A DNA stretch of 64,000 nt, from contig NC_058379.1 of the NCBI RefSeq assembly GCF_018350175.1, positions 13,330,001 through 13,394,000 of the forward strand, given 5' to 3'. The DNA is from Felis catus. Its lineage: Eukaryota. The notes beneath the pieces were generated by a model, which worked only from the letters and a program-made list of their open reading frames with translations, was not told the origin of the DNA and ran no database searches. Below are positions 1 through 10,974 of the stretch, one piece after another (positions within the stretch are counted from its first letter, which is position 1; each line of letters starts with the position of its first letter). The translations under genes were made by a program, and so were the position numbers.

Positions 1-149
1 CCCTTGTCCCCTCAGACTCCCACTGGTGGCTTATTCGCCAACTTAAGTGCTGTATCTGGCCAGCGCCTGACACGAAATGACAGAAAGCTGGCAGAACGTC
101 TGTTGGGCAGAAAAATCTCACTGTCTCACTCGCCCCACCCGTCAGCCAA

Positions 150-560
150 GCTGTTCTGGACCCTGGCAACGTGTGTTGCGTTCCTACTGGAGCCCCAGGA
201 GGTGGGCGTCCTCACTCCCATTTTCTAGACCACGGGGAAGCAAACCACAGCCTGCAGGCCAGCTGTCTGCTTTTGTAAAGTCGTATTGGATGTAGCTCTG
301 CCTCTTCATTTATGTATGGCCATCGCCGCACACAGGCTACAGCAACCAAGTTGAATAGTTACCACGGAGACTGTATGGCCCGCGAGGATGTTTACCATCT
401 GACCCTTCGCAGAAAGAGCGTGCCAGCCCCCGTACACCAAGATGAAGACTTGAGGTTCAGAGAGGCTTAGCAACTTGCCACAGTTAACTCAGCTGGACAG
501 CTGAGGACAGGACAGCCCCGGGGTCCAAATCAGGCTTCAACGTGAGAGCTCTTTCTATAG
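150..560 (-). mobile_element. MIR (ancient SINE) split by a MER58A insertion
   Basis: CCCATTTT.. before 231 and GATGAAGACTTGAGGTTCAGAGAGG..AACTTGCC after 440 are the two halves of the reverse MIR core. Confidence 0.6.
231..432 (+). mobile_element. MER58A-like hAT-Charlie MITE
   Basis: CACGGGG..GCAAAC start, TTTTGTAAA..TATTGG, GAGACTGTATGGCCCGC, ..GCCAGCCCC end; inserted next to TCTAGA. Confidence 0.75.
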
Positions 561-1618
561 CCCAAGGGCCATCCTTGCTTTCTTCCAAGGTCCCCTTCCA
601 CGGGCACTCCCCAGCGCTCTGCATCAGGCCACAGAGGTGGCTCCCTCCCACCTGGCCTGGGAGCCCCAGTGCAGCAGGTGCCCGGGGCGGAGTCAGTCAC
701 CTGGGCTCAGGTGTGGGCCCTTTAGGCGCCCTGGGACCCAGAGAAAAAGGCGGTGGGCAGGGAAGGTTTTTGTTTTTGTTTCTTAAAGAATGAACATGCA
801 TTTGATAAAGAATCTCACCTCGCCTACTGATCTCATTTTCCAAGCGCTTACAAATCAGCCAGTGGTGCAAAGCGAGTGGATGGATGCTTGCTCAACTGCT
901 CTGCTGTTCCCAGTTTCAGAGGGGCCCGCATCCAGCAAGGGGCAGGGCCTTCTCCGGGGTGGGAGACCGCCCCTCGTTGCAGGAGACAAAACCCCTTCCC
1001 ACATCCCACTTCCAAGCTCCTCTGATGTCCCCCTCACCCCCAGCCTGCACCCACCTTCCCCACTTCAACCCCCAGCTTCCCTCACCCCAGCATCTCCGGG
1101 GGCTGCTTCCCCACCCAGGCCTGGGAGTTTTATTTCAAGCTGAGATACAATTGCAGATCATGTTCCTCCCCCCACCCCTTTTCTTTTTAATAAAGCTGTT
1201 TTGTGTCTCTGCCCCCCCTTTCTGCATTCCTCCCATCTGAGCCTTCCCCTTTCCCCCTCCTTTAGGAAATGTCTTGGATTCTCTCACTGGGGTGTAATGG
1301 TTAAATTGCTACCAGCTGATTAAACAGCAGAAGCCGAAGCTGTAATCCTCAGCACTCAGGAACCCAGGGAGGCAGAGGCGAGGGCCCTGACCCGCTTAGC
1401 CCCTGCTGACCCCCTGCGATGTGCCAGCCCTGGCTTTCAGTCCATTCATTCGTCCCAGGCTGCCTAACAGGAATCCTCAGGGAGGGGCGAGGGGAGGTAG
1501 AGGGGAGGAGAGGGGATGGGAGGGGGGCAGGAGGGGGAGGGGAGGATGCCTTCGCCACCCCTGGCCCAACCTCCAAGGAATGTCTGCCCGCCCCAACCCC
1601 TGTCCCTCCCCTACCTAC

Positions 1619-1620
<2 letters not shown>

Positions 1621-1657
<37 letters not shown>

Positions 1658-1670
1658 CACTCACTCACTC
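1621..1670. repeat. (AC)n microsatellite followed by (TCAC)n
   Basis: About 17 AC units seen directly. Confidence 0.95.
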
Positions 1671-2473
1671 CTACACACCCAGGCTCTTTCTCATTCTCTG
1701 CAGAATGAAGACCAGATGAAGGAGATAGCCCCTCACCCCAGCCCCCTCCTTCTGGGAAACCTTCCTCCCACACCTGCCCCCACACAGGGAAGGATCAGGA
1801 AGACGGAGAAGAGTGGGATCAGAGAGGGGTCTGGGGAGGGTGAAAAGAGGGCTTTGGGGGCTGGGCGGCCTTAGGTTTGACCCTGACTCTGAAGGCTGCG
1901 GGCTCATGGAGTCAGAACCGCCCTTCTTTGAACTTTGATTCTATTCTGTCTGAGCCCTGTCTGCAGACTGGGGCAACAGCCTCATCAGGCGGCCACGAGG
2001 ATGGAGCGAGCGCCTCCCGGCCTAAAGCAAGTGTCATCGCAAACGGTCTGGGCCGAGGGCTGGGGTACCGTGCAATCAGCATAACCTTCCAACAGGGCCA
2101 CCCCTATGTGCTGTGTCCCTCGGGCTCCTTACAGGATAGCTCTTCCCCTGCACACTAGACATCACAAGTGCCAGGCTCCCACCAGCGGTGGCTCTCCTGT
2201 CCTGATTGACTTGGCCGTCGAACTCAGGCTCTGGACCGAGAAGAGCCAGAGGGCAGTGAGCCTCCCTGGGAAAGTTTATGTCCATGGAAAGTACGGTTCA
2301 GATGAGTGCAGAGTCTAGCCTTGATTCATCCTCCCCCACACTTACTCAGAAGTGGGAGAAAAGAGCCTGTCGCTGAAGAGGGAACTGGCTGAAGGCAGGG
2401 GGGACATCAGTCACCCGCCCAAGCACACTGATCTTGGAAGCGGCCCTTCTCTTTCCATGGGGGAAAAAGCCCC

Positions 2474-3106
2474 TGTATTCGCCAGAGTTCTCTAGAGAAA
2501 CAAACCCAGAACAATATATAATTCTATCTAGATAGTTCTGTATAGAGATATATAGGTACCCTATATGTGATATAGATCACATATCATATATATCATATAT
2601 CACATGATATACAGCATATATCACATATATGATATACATGATATGTGATATAGATCAATATAGAGACATTTAGATATAGAATATATGACATAGATATCAC
2701 ATATACCTATCTCTATTGATCTGTCTACTTATTGGGAGGGAGAGGGAGAAAAATAAATTTATTATAAGCAATTGGCTCGTGCAAGTATGGAGGCTGAGAA
2801 GTCCCACGATCTGCTGTCTGCAGGGTGGAGCCTCGGAGAGCTGGTGGTGAAGCGCCAGTTCAAGGGCAGGAGAAGAGAGGGGATCCTCCCTTCCTCCATG
2901 ATTTTTGTTCCATTCTGGCCCTCAGGGGCTGGACGAGGCCCGCCCACGTGGGGGAGGGGAGGGGCCACCTGGTTTACTCCATCTACCCATTCGAATGCTA
3001 ATCTCATCCTTAAAAAGCCTCCCAGACACAACCAGAAACAATGCTGAACCAAATATCTGGGCATCCATTGGCCCCGTCAGGCTGACCCATAAAATTGAAT
3101 ATTGCA
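2474..3106 (-). mobile_element. MLT2 (ERVL) solo LTR with internal AT-rich expansion
   Basis: TGTATT..CAGAGTTCTCTAGAGAAACA start, GGAGGCTGAGAAGTCCCACGATCTGC, CCAAATATCTGGGCA..CATAAAATT end. Confidence 0.85.
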
Positions 3107-3320
3107 GGGCGCCTGGGTGGCTCAGTGGGTTAAGCACCCGACTCTCTCGGTTTGGGCTCAGGTCACGATCTCACGGTTTGTGAGTTCTAGCCCCACGTCG
3201 GGCTCTGCGCTCCCTGCGCAGAGCCTGCTTGGGATTCTCTGTCTCTCTCTCTCTCTCCGCCCCTCCCCCACTCGCGTGCTCTCTCAAAAATAAATAAATA
3301 AACACTTATAAACAAATAAA
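3107..3320 (+). mobile_element. CanSINE (older SINEC type)
   Basis: GGGCGCCTGGGTGGCTCAG head, (CT)n linker, AATAAA/A-rich tail. Confidence 0.95.
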
Positions 3321-3379
3321 TACCTACTGCAGCCTCCACGAGGGGTAGAAGAGAGCAGAGGGGAGATTAGACCTATTTC

Positions 3380-3747
3380 TGTGTAGTGGCCCCCAAATTC
3401 ATGTCCCCAGAACCTCAGAGTGTGAATTTATTTTAAAATAGGGTCTTTGCTGGTGTAATTACAGCAGAATCTAGACGCGATCAGAAGGGATTCGGGTGGC
3501 CCCTACATCCAGTGACAGTGTCCTTATAAGACTCAGGGACAAGGCCCTGTGAAGATGGGGCAGAGATTGAAGACCCACACCCGTGGCCTGGGGCTACCAG
3601 AAGCTGGGAGGGGACAGAAAGGATTCTCCCTTAGAGCCTTCAGAGGAGCCGACACCTTGATTTTGAACTTGGGGCCTCCGGAACCGTGCAGGAAACAATG
3701 ACTATTATTATTATAGTTGGTTAGGGCAGCCATAAAAAACTAATACA
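3380..3747 (+). mobile_element. MLT1B/C MaLR LTR
   Basis: CCCCAAATTCATGTCC..AGAACCTCAGA, GAGCCTTCAGAGGAG, GGCAGCC..AACTAATACA end. Confidence 0.8.
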
Positions 3748-3769
3748 CCCTAAAAGCACACATCCTTGG

Positions 3770-3880
3770 TCCCGTTTTACAGATGGGGAAACCGAGGCAC
3801 ACAGAGAGAAAAGTCCATTGCCCAAAAATCACACAGGGGATTGGAAGTGAAGGCGGGGCTCAAAACCAGGTCTGGGTGAT
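3770..3880 (-). mobile_element. MIR fragment
   Basis: TTTTACAGATGGGGAAACCGAGGCAC core. Confidence 0.75.
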
Positions 3881-4314
3881 GACCGTGCCCAGAGCCTGTA
3901 CCCCCGAGTTTGCCCAGAGGGACATCCCAGCGGGGGAGAGCCACGGTAGACACGGGAAGAAACCAAGTGAGGGCTCCCTCAGCCGCCTGGGCTAGGGGTC
4001 CACGAGGCCTCCGAAAATTCCTTTTCCAAGCCTGCTTCCCAAGTCCCCAGGCCAGGAGAGAGCTGAAGAGAACCCTGGGGAAGGACGCTGGGAGAAAGAA
4101 ACTCTGGTCACAGTTGGTTTGACCAGAATGTTCTTCCCGTCTGGGACCTGCCCTGATCTTGGTGTGGGCAAGAGCCTCCTCAGCCGGCCCTGGGGGGTGC
4201 GTGAGCCCTCCCCCCATTTTGCAGTGCCTGCTGCACCCCGGTCCTGGCCGGTCCCGGGGGAGTAATTCATCCGGGAACGCAGGGTCTCCAGGGCCACGAG
4301 CAGCCCGTGGGCTG

Positions 4315-4518
4315 TGGAGCACACAGAGCTGGGTTTACATCCTGCCCTTGGCCCCTTGCTAGCTGGGTGACCGCGGAAGGGGCTGTTCTCTTACCCGAAC
4401 TCGGTTGTCTCCTCTATAAAATGGGGATATGACAGGATAAAACCGACCTGCTAGGTTACTGCGGGGACTAAACAAGAGTCTGCAGATAAAGTGCCTGGCG
4501 CTCAGTGATGTTAGCTAC
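4315..4518 (+). mobile_element. MIR
   Basis: CTAGCTGGGTGACC..CTCTATAAAATGGGGAT..AGTGCCTGGC. Confidence 0.7.
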
Positions 4519-5149
4519 GGTCACTTTTTTTTTTTTTGCAGCTCAGAAAGAGGAAATGAGGGGGGTGGCGGTGCGAGTGGTGGCTGCATCTGGGAGCAGA
4601 TCAAAGGTGGCCAGCCAAGCCGTTGGGCTGATTGGGGTGCATCCTCGGCGGTAACGCTAAGTGGTAATTTCTGGTTTAAGAAAAACCCAGACTTAGCCGG
4701 GAACAGCTGCAGTGGGTGCCTGGCTGCTTGGGAATCTTCGTGGCTCTTTGTGGAGGGCCACACCTGCCAGCCTCTTCGTCCTGTGCGGACAGGCACCATT
4801 AAAGCTCCTGTGGTCACCACCCAGGACGTCTCCTGGTTGAGGAGCACTGGAGACCGAGTCCCGGCTCCCCCACCCCCACCCCCCCACCGCCCCATATTCA
4901 GCTCTGAGGACAGGAGCTGGTCACCGCCCAGAGTCCTGTTGCTTCTGTCTGAGCCTCAGAGGACGTTGAGCTGGGTCTCTTGGCGATAAGGACAGGTGGG
5001 GTTGAGTGAGCGAACCTGTTCCTTATCCAAGCAAACGATCTTTTCTGAAGTTCAGCTTTGGTCTCAGGACGTGGTTCCTCCTCTGACCACTGTGAGTTCA
5101 CAGTTCTCCGGGCAGTGCCTCGCATGACTTGACCAGCTTTTGCTTTTTA

Positions 5150-5380
5150 TTTTTTTATTTTTTTTTAATTTTTTTTTCAACGTTTATTTATTTTTGGGAC
5201 AGAGAGAGACAGAGCATGAACGGGGGAGGGGCAGAGAGAGAGGGAGACACAGAATGGGAAACAGGCTCCAGGCTCTGAGCCGTCAGCCCAGAGCCCGACG
5301 CGGGGCTCGAACTCCCGGACCGCGAGATCGTGACCTGGCTGAAGTCGGACGCTTAACCGACTGCGCCACCCAGGCGCCCC
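5150..5380 (-). mobile_element. Young felid CanSINE (SINEC_Fc type)
   Basis: Full length; perfect TSD CAGCTTTTGCTTTTTA at 5134-5149 and 5381-5396. Confidence 0.97.
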
Positions 5381-5689
5381 CAGCTTTTGCTTTTTAAGCC
5401 CGCTGATTTGCCTCCCTGTCCCTTGTTCCCACCGCAGCGACAGGGGCTTACATCCCACGCAAGGGGCAGGCTCAAGGTTCCTATTTGGGCTTCTTTTTCT
5501 TCCAGGGTGGGGCGGCCCATCGGCCCAAGGAAACCCCACTTCCAATTTTCCAGCTCCAACTGCACTCCCTGCCTGCTTCCTCCGCCTGGCTTGAACCCAG
5601 CTCCTTAGTCTGTCCCTCTGCCAGGCTCCTGACGTGACGTTCACACTTCTCCATTAGTGCCATTGTCACATGAATCATGAGAGCATGTA

Positions 5690-5925
5690 CCATTTATTGA
5701 GCTGTTACTATGTACGAGGCGCTGTGCTAAACGGCCTTCCCCACCTTATCTCATTTAGACACGACAATAACCCAAAGAGAGGAGAATCGTACGGATGAGC
5801 GTAAACCGTTTTGCGCAAGAGGATGATTTTACAGAGAGGGTGAACCGCCTGACCTAGCCGCTCATCTGGGGAGACAGCGTTTGAAGACAGGTCTGTTTGA
5901 CTTTGCATTCCCAGTGCTAAACGTC
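5690..5925 (-). mobile_element. MIR
   Basis: CATTTATTGAG..ACTATGT..GCTGTGCTAA..ATCTCATTTA. Confidence 0.65.
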
Positions 5926-6227
5926 CCGATAGATTATACCGTAGCTACCAGCAGACTGGTCCCCACCATCTCAACTTTGGGTCCCCATGCCCCCAAGGTA
6001 TAGGATTTTGGAGAGCAGGAGGGAACAGAGATTATTTTTAAAAAGAAATCGTATAAATTTACAACTAACTATATTACAAAGGAAATAAATACTCAAAATT
6101 CCTCAATTAATTTACTACAGCTTTCTATTATCTATGCTTCGAGGATTACTTCTATTCTGTCTGTATGATGATAATACCAAACCATGGCGTGTGCTCCAGT
6201 GTATCTCTTCCCGACTCTGTTCAGGGA

Positions 6228-6376
6228 NNNNNNNNNNNNNNNNNNNNNNNNNNNNNNNNNNNNNNNNNNNNNNNNNNNNNNNNNNNNNNNNNNNNNNNNN
6301 NNNNNNNNNNNNNNNNNNNNNNNNNNNNNNNNNNNNNNNNNNNNNNNNNNNNNNNNNNNNNNNNNNNNNNNNNNNN
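6228..6376. other. Assembly gap (N run)
   Basis: Ns. Confidence 1.
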
Positions 6377-6756
6377 TCTGCACTCCACTTATCACGACCT
6401 TTGTGGGAGGGATTATAATCTCCTTGTAACAAATGAAGCAATTGTAGCTCAGGAATGCTGAGTGATTTTCCCAGAGAAGTGGGAAGTGGTGGGGCCAGGA
6501 TTTGATCCCAGTTCGTGCCATTTCCACTATACTGATAAATCTTAAGGTCTGCTGAAGACAGAGAAAACAAAAACAAACAAAAAAAAAACAGAACCCAGAC
6601 GCTCACTCCGTCCCAACCTACCCAGCCCCCAGCTGCTGCCCTGTGTTTGGTGAGTAGAAGCAGAAAGTGGTCAGAAACTGAAGACTCCAGCCTTGCAGAA
6701 GGCCTCCGATTTGATTTGGAGAGCAGACTGCTAAATGCTTGGCCTGGGGGGGGGGG

Positions 6757-6982
6757 GGGGCACCTGGGTGGCTCAGTCGGTTGAGCGTCCGACTTCGGCT
6801 CAGGCCATGATCTCGCGGTTCGTGAGTTTGAGCCCCGCGTCGGGCTCTGTGCTGACGGCTCGGAGCCTGGAGCCTGCTTCGGATTCTGTGTCTCCCTCTC
6901 TCTGTCCCTCCCCTGCTCATGCTCTGTCTCTCTCTGTCTCAAAAATAAATAAAAACATTCCAAAAAATAAATAATAAAAAAA
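6757..6982 (+). mobile_element. CanSINE (feliform)
   Basis: Full length; TSD AAATGCTTGGCCTGGGG at 6733-6749 and 6983-6999. Confidence 0.95.
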
Positions 6983-7869
6983 AAATGCTTGGCCTGGGGA
7001 AGGTGAGAGAGTGAGACAAGAGAGACAGGTTCAAGGTTGGAACCAAGTGAAATCTCATTCCACTCACGTGAGCGAATATTCAGGATCTAGTGATAAGTTG
7101 GCTCAATTAGAAGTAATTTCAGCTTTAGTACCTCTCCGAGGGTTATTTAAAGAAGACTGAAAAATTAATCTTTCATTTATCCCAAGAAGACAATAACACT
7201 CCTGCCCACCCACTGGCTTCAGACCAAGCTGTTCTTTCCCCAGTGATGAGGTACAGGGTTAAATGCACATTATCCATCGCTGACTTGAACTGTGGTTCTG
7301 ATCTCCGTGGACCCGGTACAGTTCGCTGCTTCTTCCAGTTACACATGTATTTTTATGTAGATTCACAGTCCCTCTTGTGAAAGAATCGTGAGCTCAGCAA
7401 ACATCAGAAAAGCCTGAAGCTCCTGGGTTGGTAAATACCATTTGTTCAGTCTTTAGGAGGGCAGAGGACTTGCCCTGTGTGCCCTAGAGGGACAGGATCC
7501 TTGCTCCTGGGGATTTTATAATCTTATTTGGGAATCTGAAGGCCGGCAGACATTAAACGGCTGGAGAACTGTTAAGAGAGAAATGCCATTATAAAACCAA
7601 CAGGGAGAGCCCGCCCTTCAACAACCATTACTAGGGATATACAGGCTAAACCACACTCAGAAATCTGTCTTATAAACTTTCAAACTGGCAACGTTGAGGG
7701 AAAGATGGAACCCCAACACTGATGCCGGGGAGAACTTGGTGAGTCAGACATTCTTTTATCCAGGGTAAATAGTACAATCTGTTAGAAACAAGCCAGGGAG
7801 ATAACACCTATGCCCATGTAGGGGATCACTACAAGAGCCCCTCAGTGGCTTCAGAGAGGCCTTTGCTCT

Positions 7870-8960
7870 TTGTCCATGTTGAAGCCATCCTTCTTTCTTC
7901 TGGTAAAAGGACCCCACTATTCCTTGGGGCAGTTCCTCCCTCCACTTTCCATCCATGTAGTCTGGGCTGATTTCACCTCTGGCTAATACAGGTGTGTGGT
8001 GGAGAGTCTTCCAAGATGGCCCCATGATCCCTCTCGCTTGGTATCTACATCCTTGAGTAATCCTTTCCTCCTGCGTGTGGGCTGGCCCTATCAGTTGGCT
8101 TTGAAGCCACAGAACAGAGAAAAGGCAATGAGATGTTGCCTCTGCGATTTAATTATAAATGACGGTGATCTCCATCTTGCTAACAGACCGTCTCTGTTGC
8201 TCTCTCAGCATGCATGCTTTGAGGAAATAAGTTGCCACGTGGGAGAGCCCATGTGGCAAGGAACTAAGGGCAACCTCCAGCCAAGGTAATAGCCAGTGAG
8301 AATCTCAGGCCCTCAGTCCAACATCCTACAAGGAACCAGATCCTGCCAACAACCACTGAGTACGTTTGGAAGTGGATGCTTTCCCAGTTGAGCCTTCAGA
8401 TGAGACTATGGACCCAGGACCAACACCCTGATGGCAGCCTCGTGAGAGAATGTGAAGCAGAGGATCCAGCTAAGTTGTGCCCTGGATTTCTGACCCACAG
8501 AAACTATGGGATAACACACGTGAATTGTTTTAAACTGCTAAGCTTGGGGGTAACTTGTTATGCAGCAGTAGATAGCTAATATAGGGTGAACATGTGACCT
8601 AGGTCTAACCAACTGGAGCATTGCATTCCCCTAGCTACAGTGAATTAGTTCAAGGATGTCTGCGTGATTCAATCAGAGACAATCAGAACTGATCCTGAGA
8701 CTTTCGTAAGATCAGAGGGGAAAGAGATGTTCTGTCCCTTGGTCTCAGAGTTGGGAGCTGCAAAAGGCTACCTTGTGAAGATGATCAACCTGAGAATGAA
8801 ACAACACAGCACCATGAAATAGAGATTCCAGGCCTTGATGACATTGTTTGAGCCCCTAGATCCAGCCTTGCCCAAAGCTTTACCTATGGAATTTTTAGTT
8901 ATATAATCTGTTTACTGCTTAAATCACTTTGTGTGGAGTTTCTGTTATTTATTAAAGCCT
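7870..8960 (+). mobile_element. MLT1K-like old MaLR LTR interrupted by a younger MLT1 LTR
   Basis: CTTCTGGTAA..CCCC 5' part; CATGTGACCTAGG..GCATTCCCCT and GAGCCCCTAGATCCAGCC 3' part. Confidence 0.7.
7995..8583 (+). mobile_element. MLT1E-type MaLR solo LTR
   Basis: TGTGGT..AAGATGGCCCCATGATCC start, CCCAGTTGAGCCTTCAGATGAGAC, GCAGTAGATAGCTAATATA end; 5-bp TSD AGGTG/GGGTG. Confidence 0.85.
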
Positions 8961-8978
8961 CTCTTAAAACCTCTTTTA

Positions 8979-9190
8979 GGAGCACCTGGTGGCTCAGTCA
9001 TTTGAGCATCTGACTCTTGGTTTCGGCTCAGGTCAGGATCTCAGGGTTTGTGGGTTCAAGCCCCACGTCAGGCTCCGTGCTGGCAGTGAGGAGCCTGCTC
9101 GGGATTCTCTGTCTCTGTGCCCCACCCTTGCTTGCACTCTCGCAATCTCTTTCTCTCTCTCTCTCAAAATGAATAAATAAACTTAAACAA
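8979..9190 (+). mobile_element. CanSINE (older)
   Basis: tRNA-like head, CT linker, A tail, degenerate TSD AAAAC(C)CTCT.TTAG. Confidence 0.93.
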
Positions 9191-9204
9191 AAACCCTCTA
9201 TTAG

Positions 9205-9710
9205 TCATTCATGTAATAGGTATTCATTGAGTTTTCATACACGCGGAGAGCTCTGGGGGTATAAGGATTAGAATTAGTTATTGAACCTGGTCTCAAGGGA
9301 CTATGGCTACATATGTAACTATAACATCCACTTAAAAACAGAAGAACTTCAATTTCAGGGATAGCATCCATTATCCACGTTTGCACTCTCAATGTCTAAC
9401 ACTCAGTAGATGCTCTATAAATGTCTGTTGGTCCTAAAAGTACATATCAAGTGCTCTAGAAGTGCAGAGAGAAATCACTTTCAAGAAGGACTAAAAAAAG
9501 CTTCACATAGAAGAGATTTGAGCCACTAGGTTTGAAAGGATAGAACTTACAGGGATGCGGGAGAGGGTGCTCTAGGCAAAGGAATCAACAGGAACCTGGA
9601 AGAACATGATGTGTAAGGACCACACTGGTGGGAGTATAGGGCGGATGAAGGGCACTATGGGAAATAAGTCTAAGAAAGTAAGATGGGGTCAAATCTTAGA
9701 CGGTCTCGAA
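9205..9710 (-). mobile_element. L2 fragments
   Basis: TCATTCA..TATTCATTGAG 3' end and purine-rich TCTAGGCAAAGGAA body. Confidence 0.6.
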
Positions 9711-9717
9711 TAATAGT

Positions 9718-10402
9718 TGTATGGTGATCTAGTGCCATGTAACAAATCATCGCCAAACTTAGTGGTTCCTAATATTAAACACTGATTAGCTCACGCTCTG
9801 TGTGAGTCAGTAATTCAGAAGGAGCTTGGGGGAGCCGGTTCTGGGTTAGGTTCTCTTATAACATTGTAGTCATGATGTCAGCTGGGACTGTAGTCACTTG
9901 AAGGCTAGACCGGGGCTGGAGGATCTGTTTCCAAGATGGCGCACTCATGTGCCTGGCAAATTGGTGCTAGCTGTTGGCAAAAGGTCTCAGGACCTCACAG
10001 TATGGACCTACTCATAAGGCTGGTTGAGAGTCCTTATGCATAGTATCTGGTTTCCCACCAAGTGAGTGATCCAAGAGAGGGCATGGGTTAGAAGCCACGG
10101 TGTCACGTATGACCCAGCCTTAGAAGTCACATCCATCGGGGCACCTGGGTGGCTCAGTTGGTTAAGCGACCGACTTCGGCTCAGGTCATGGTTTCACAGT
10201 TTGTGAGTTCGAGCCCCGCGTCGGCCTCTGTGCTGACAGCTCAGAGCCTGAAACCTGCTTCGGATTCTGTGTCTCCCTCTCTCTCTGCCCCTTCCCCGCT
10301 CACACTCTGTCTCTCTCTCAAAATAAAATAAAAACATTAAAAAAAAATTTTTTTTAAAGAGTCAGGGATCATTGGAGGCCTTGTTGGATGCTGGCTGGCA
10401 CA
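9718..10402 (-). mobile_element. MLT1F-type MaLR LTR (SINE-interrupted)
   Basis: GTAACAAAT..AAACTTAGTGG, GGGGCTGGAGGATCTG.TTCCAAGATGGC, GGGATCATTGG..GCTGGC end. Confidence 0.8.
10138..10355 (+). mobile_element. CanSINE (feliform)
   Basis: GGGGCACCTGGGTGGCTCAG head through A tail. Confidence 0.95.
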
Positions 10403-10404
10403 AT

Positions 10405-10890
10405 TAATAATCAGTTATGTATTTGCACATCACAGAAAACTCCACTAATAGTGGCTTACGCTGTATGAATCTTTACTCTTTATTTAACAAAGGGTTAAGG
10501 GGCACATGGTCCCACTGTTGTCAGGGCTCAACATATCATCAGGGACTCTAGTCTATTTTTACTTTTTTCCTCTGTCAATCTCAAAGTATTGATGATGTCC
10601 GTTCTCATGGTTACAAGAAAGCTGCCACACCACAGGGCACCCCATCTTCACATGACGGCCAAACACAGAATAAGAGAAAGAGACAGGAGTTGTTCTCATG
10701 AAATTCTTTTTCGTTTGGGAAAGAAAATCCTTCCAAGACACCCCACCCCCAGACTTCTTTCTACATTTGTTTGGCCACAACTGGGTCACCTTCCCAGCCC
10801 TCGACCAATCACTGACAAAGAGAATGCCTTAAAAAAAAAAAAAAAATTAGACCTAACCCATCTTCTGGACCTGGACAGGTTGCTCTCCTG
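10405..10890 (-). mobile_element. Old MaLR/ERVL LTR (MLT1J/K/L-like)
   Basis: ACAGAAAAC..AGTGGCTTA, CTCATGGTTACAAG, TTGGCCACAACTGGGTCAC..ACCAATCACTG. Confidence 0.6.
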
Positions 10891-10974
10891 AACGTAATGA
10901 GGGGAATTTATCAAGAAAGAAGAAAGAAGGGGTCAGCGGGTGAGTGACTCAGCATGTCTATGACCGTAATGATG

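Noticed and set aside
3107-3190. tRNA-like A/B boxes at SINE heads
   Set aside because: tRNA-derived SINE promoters, not tRNA genes
6115-6963. Longest ORF (282 aa)
   Set aside because: Made of SINE sequence plus an N gap read as X
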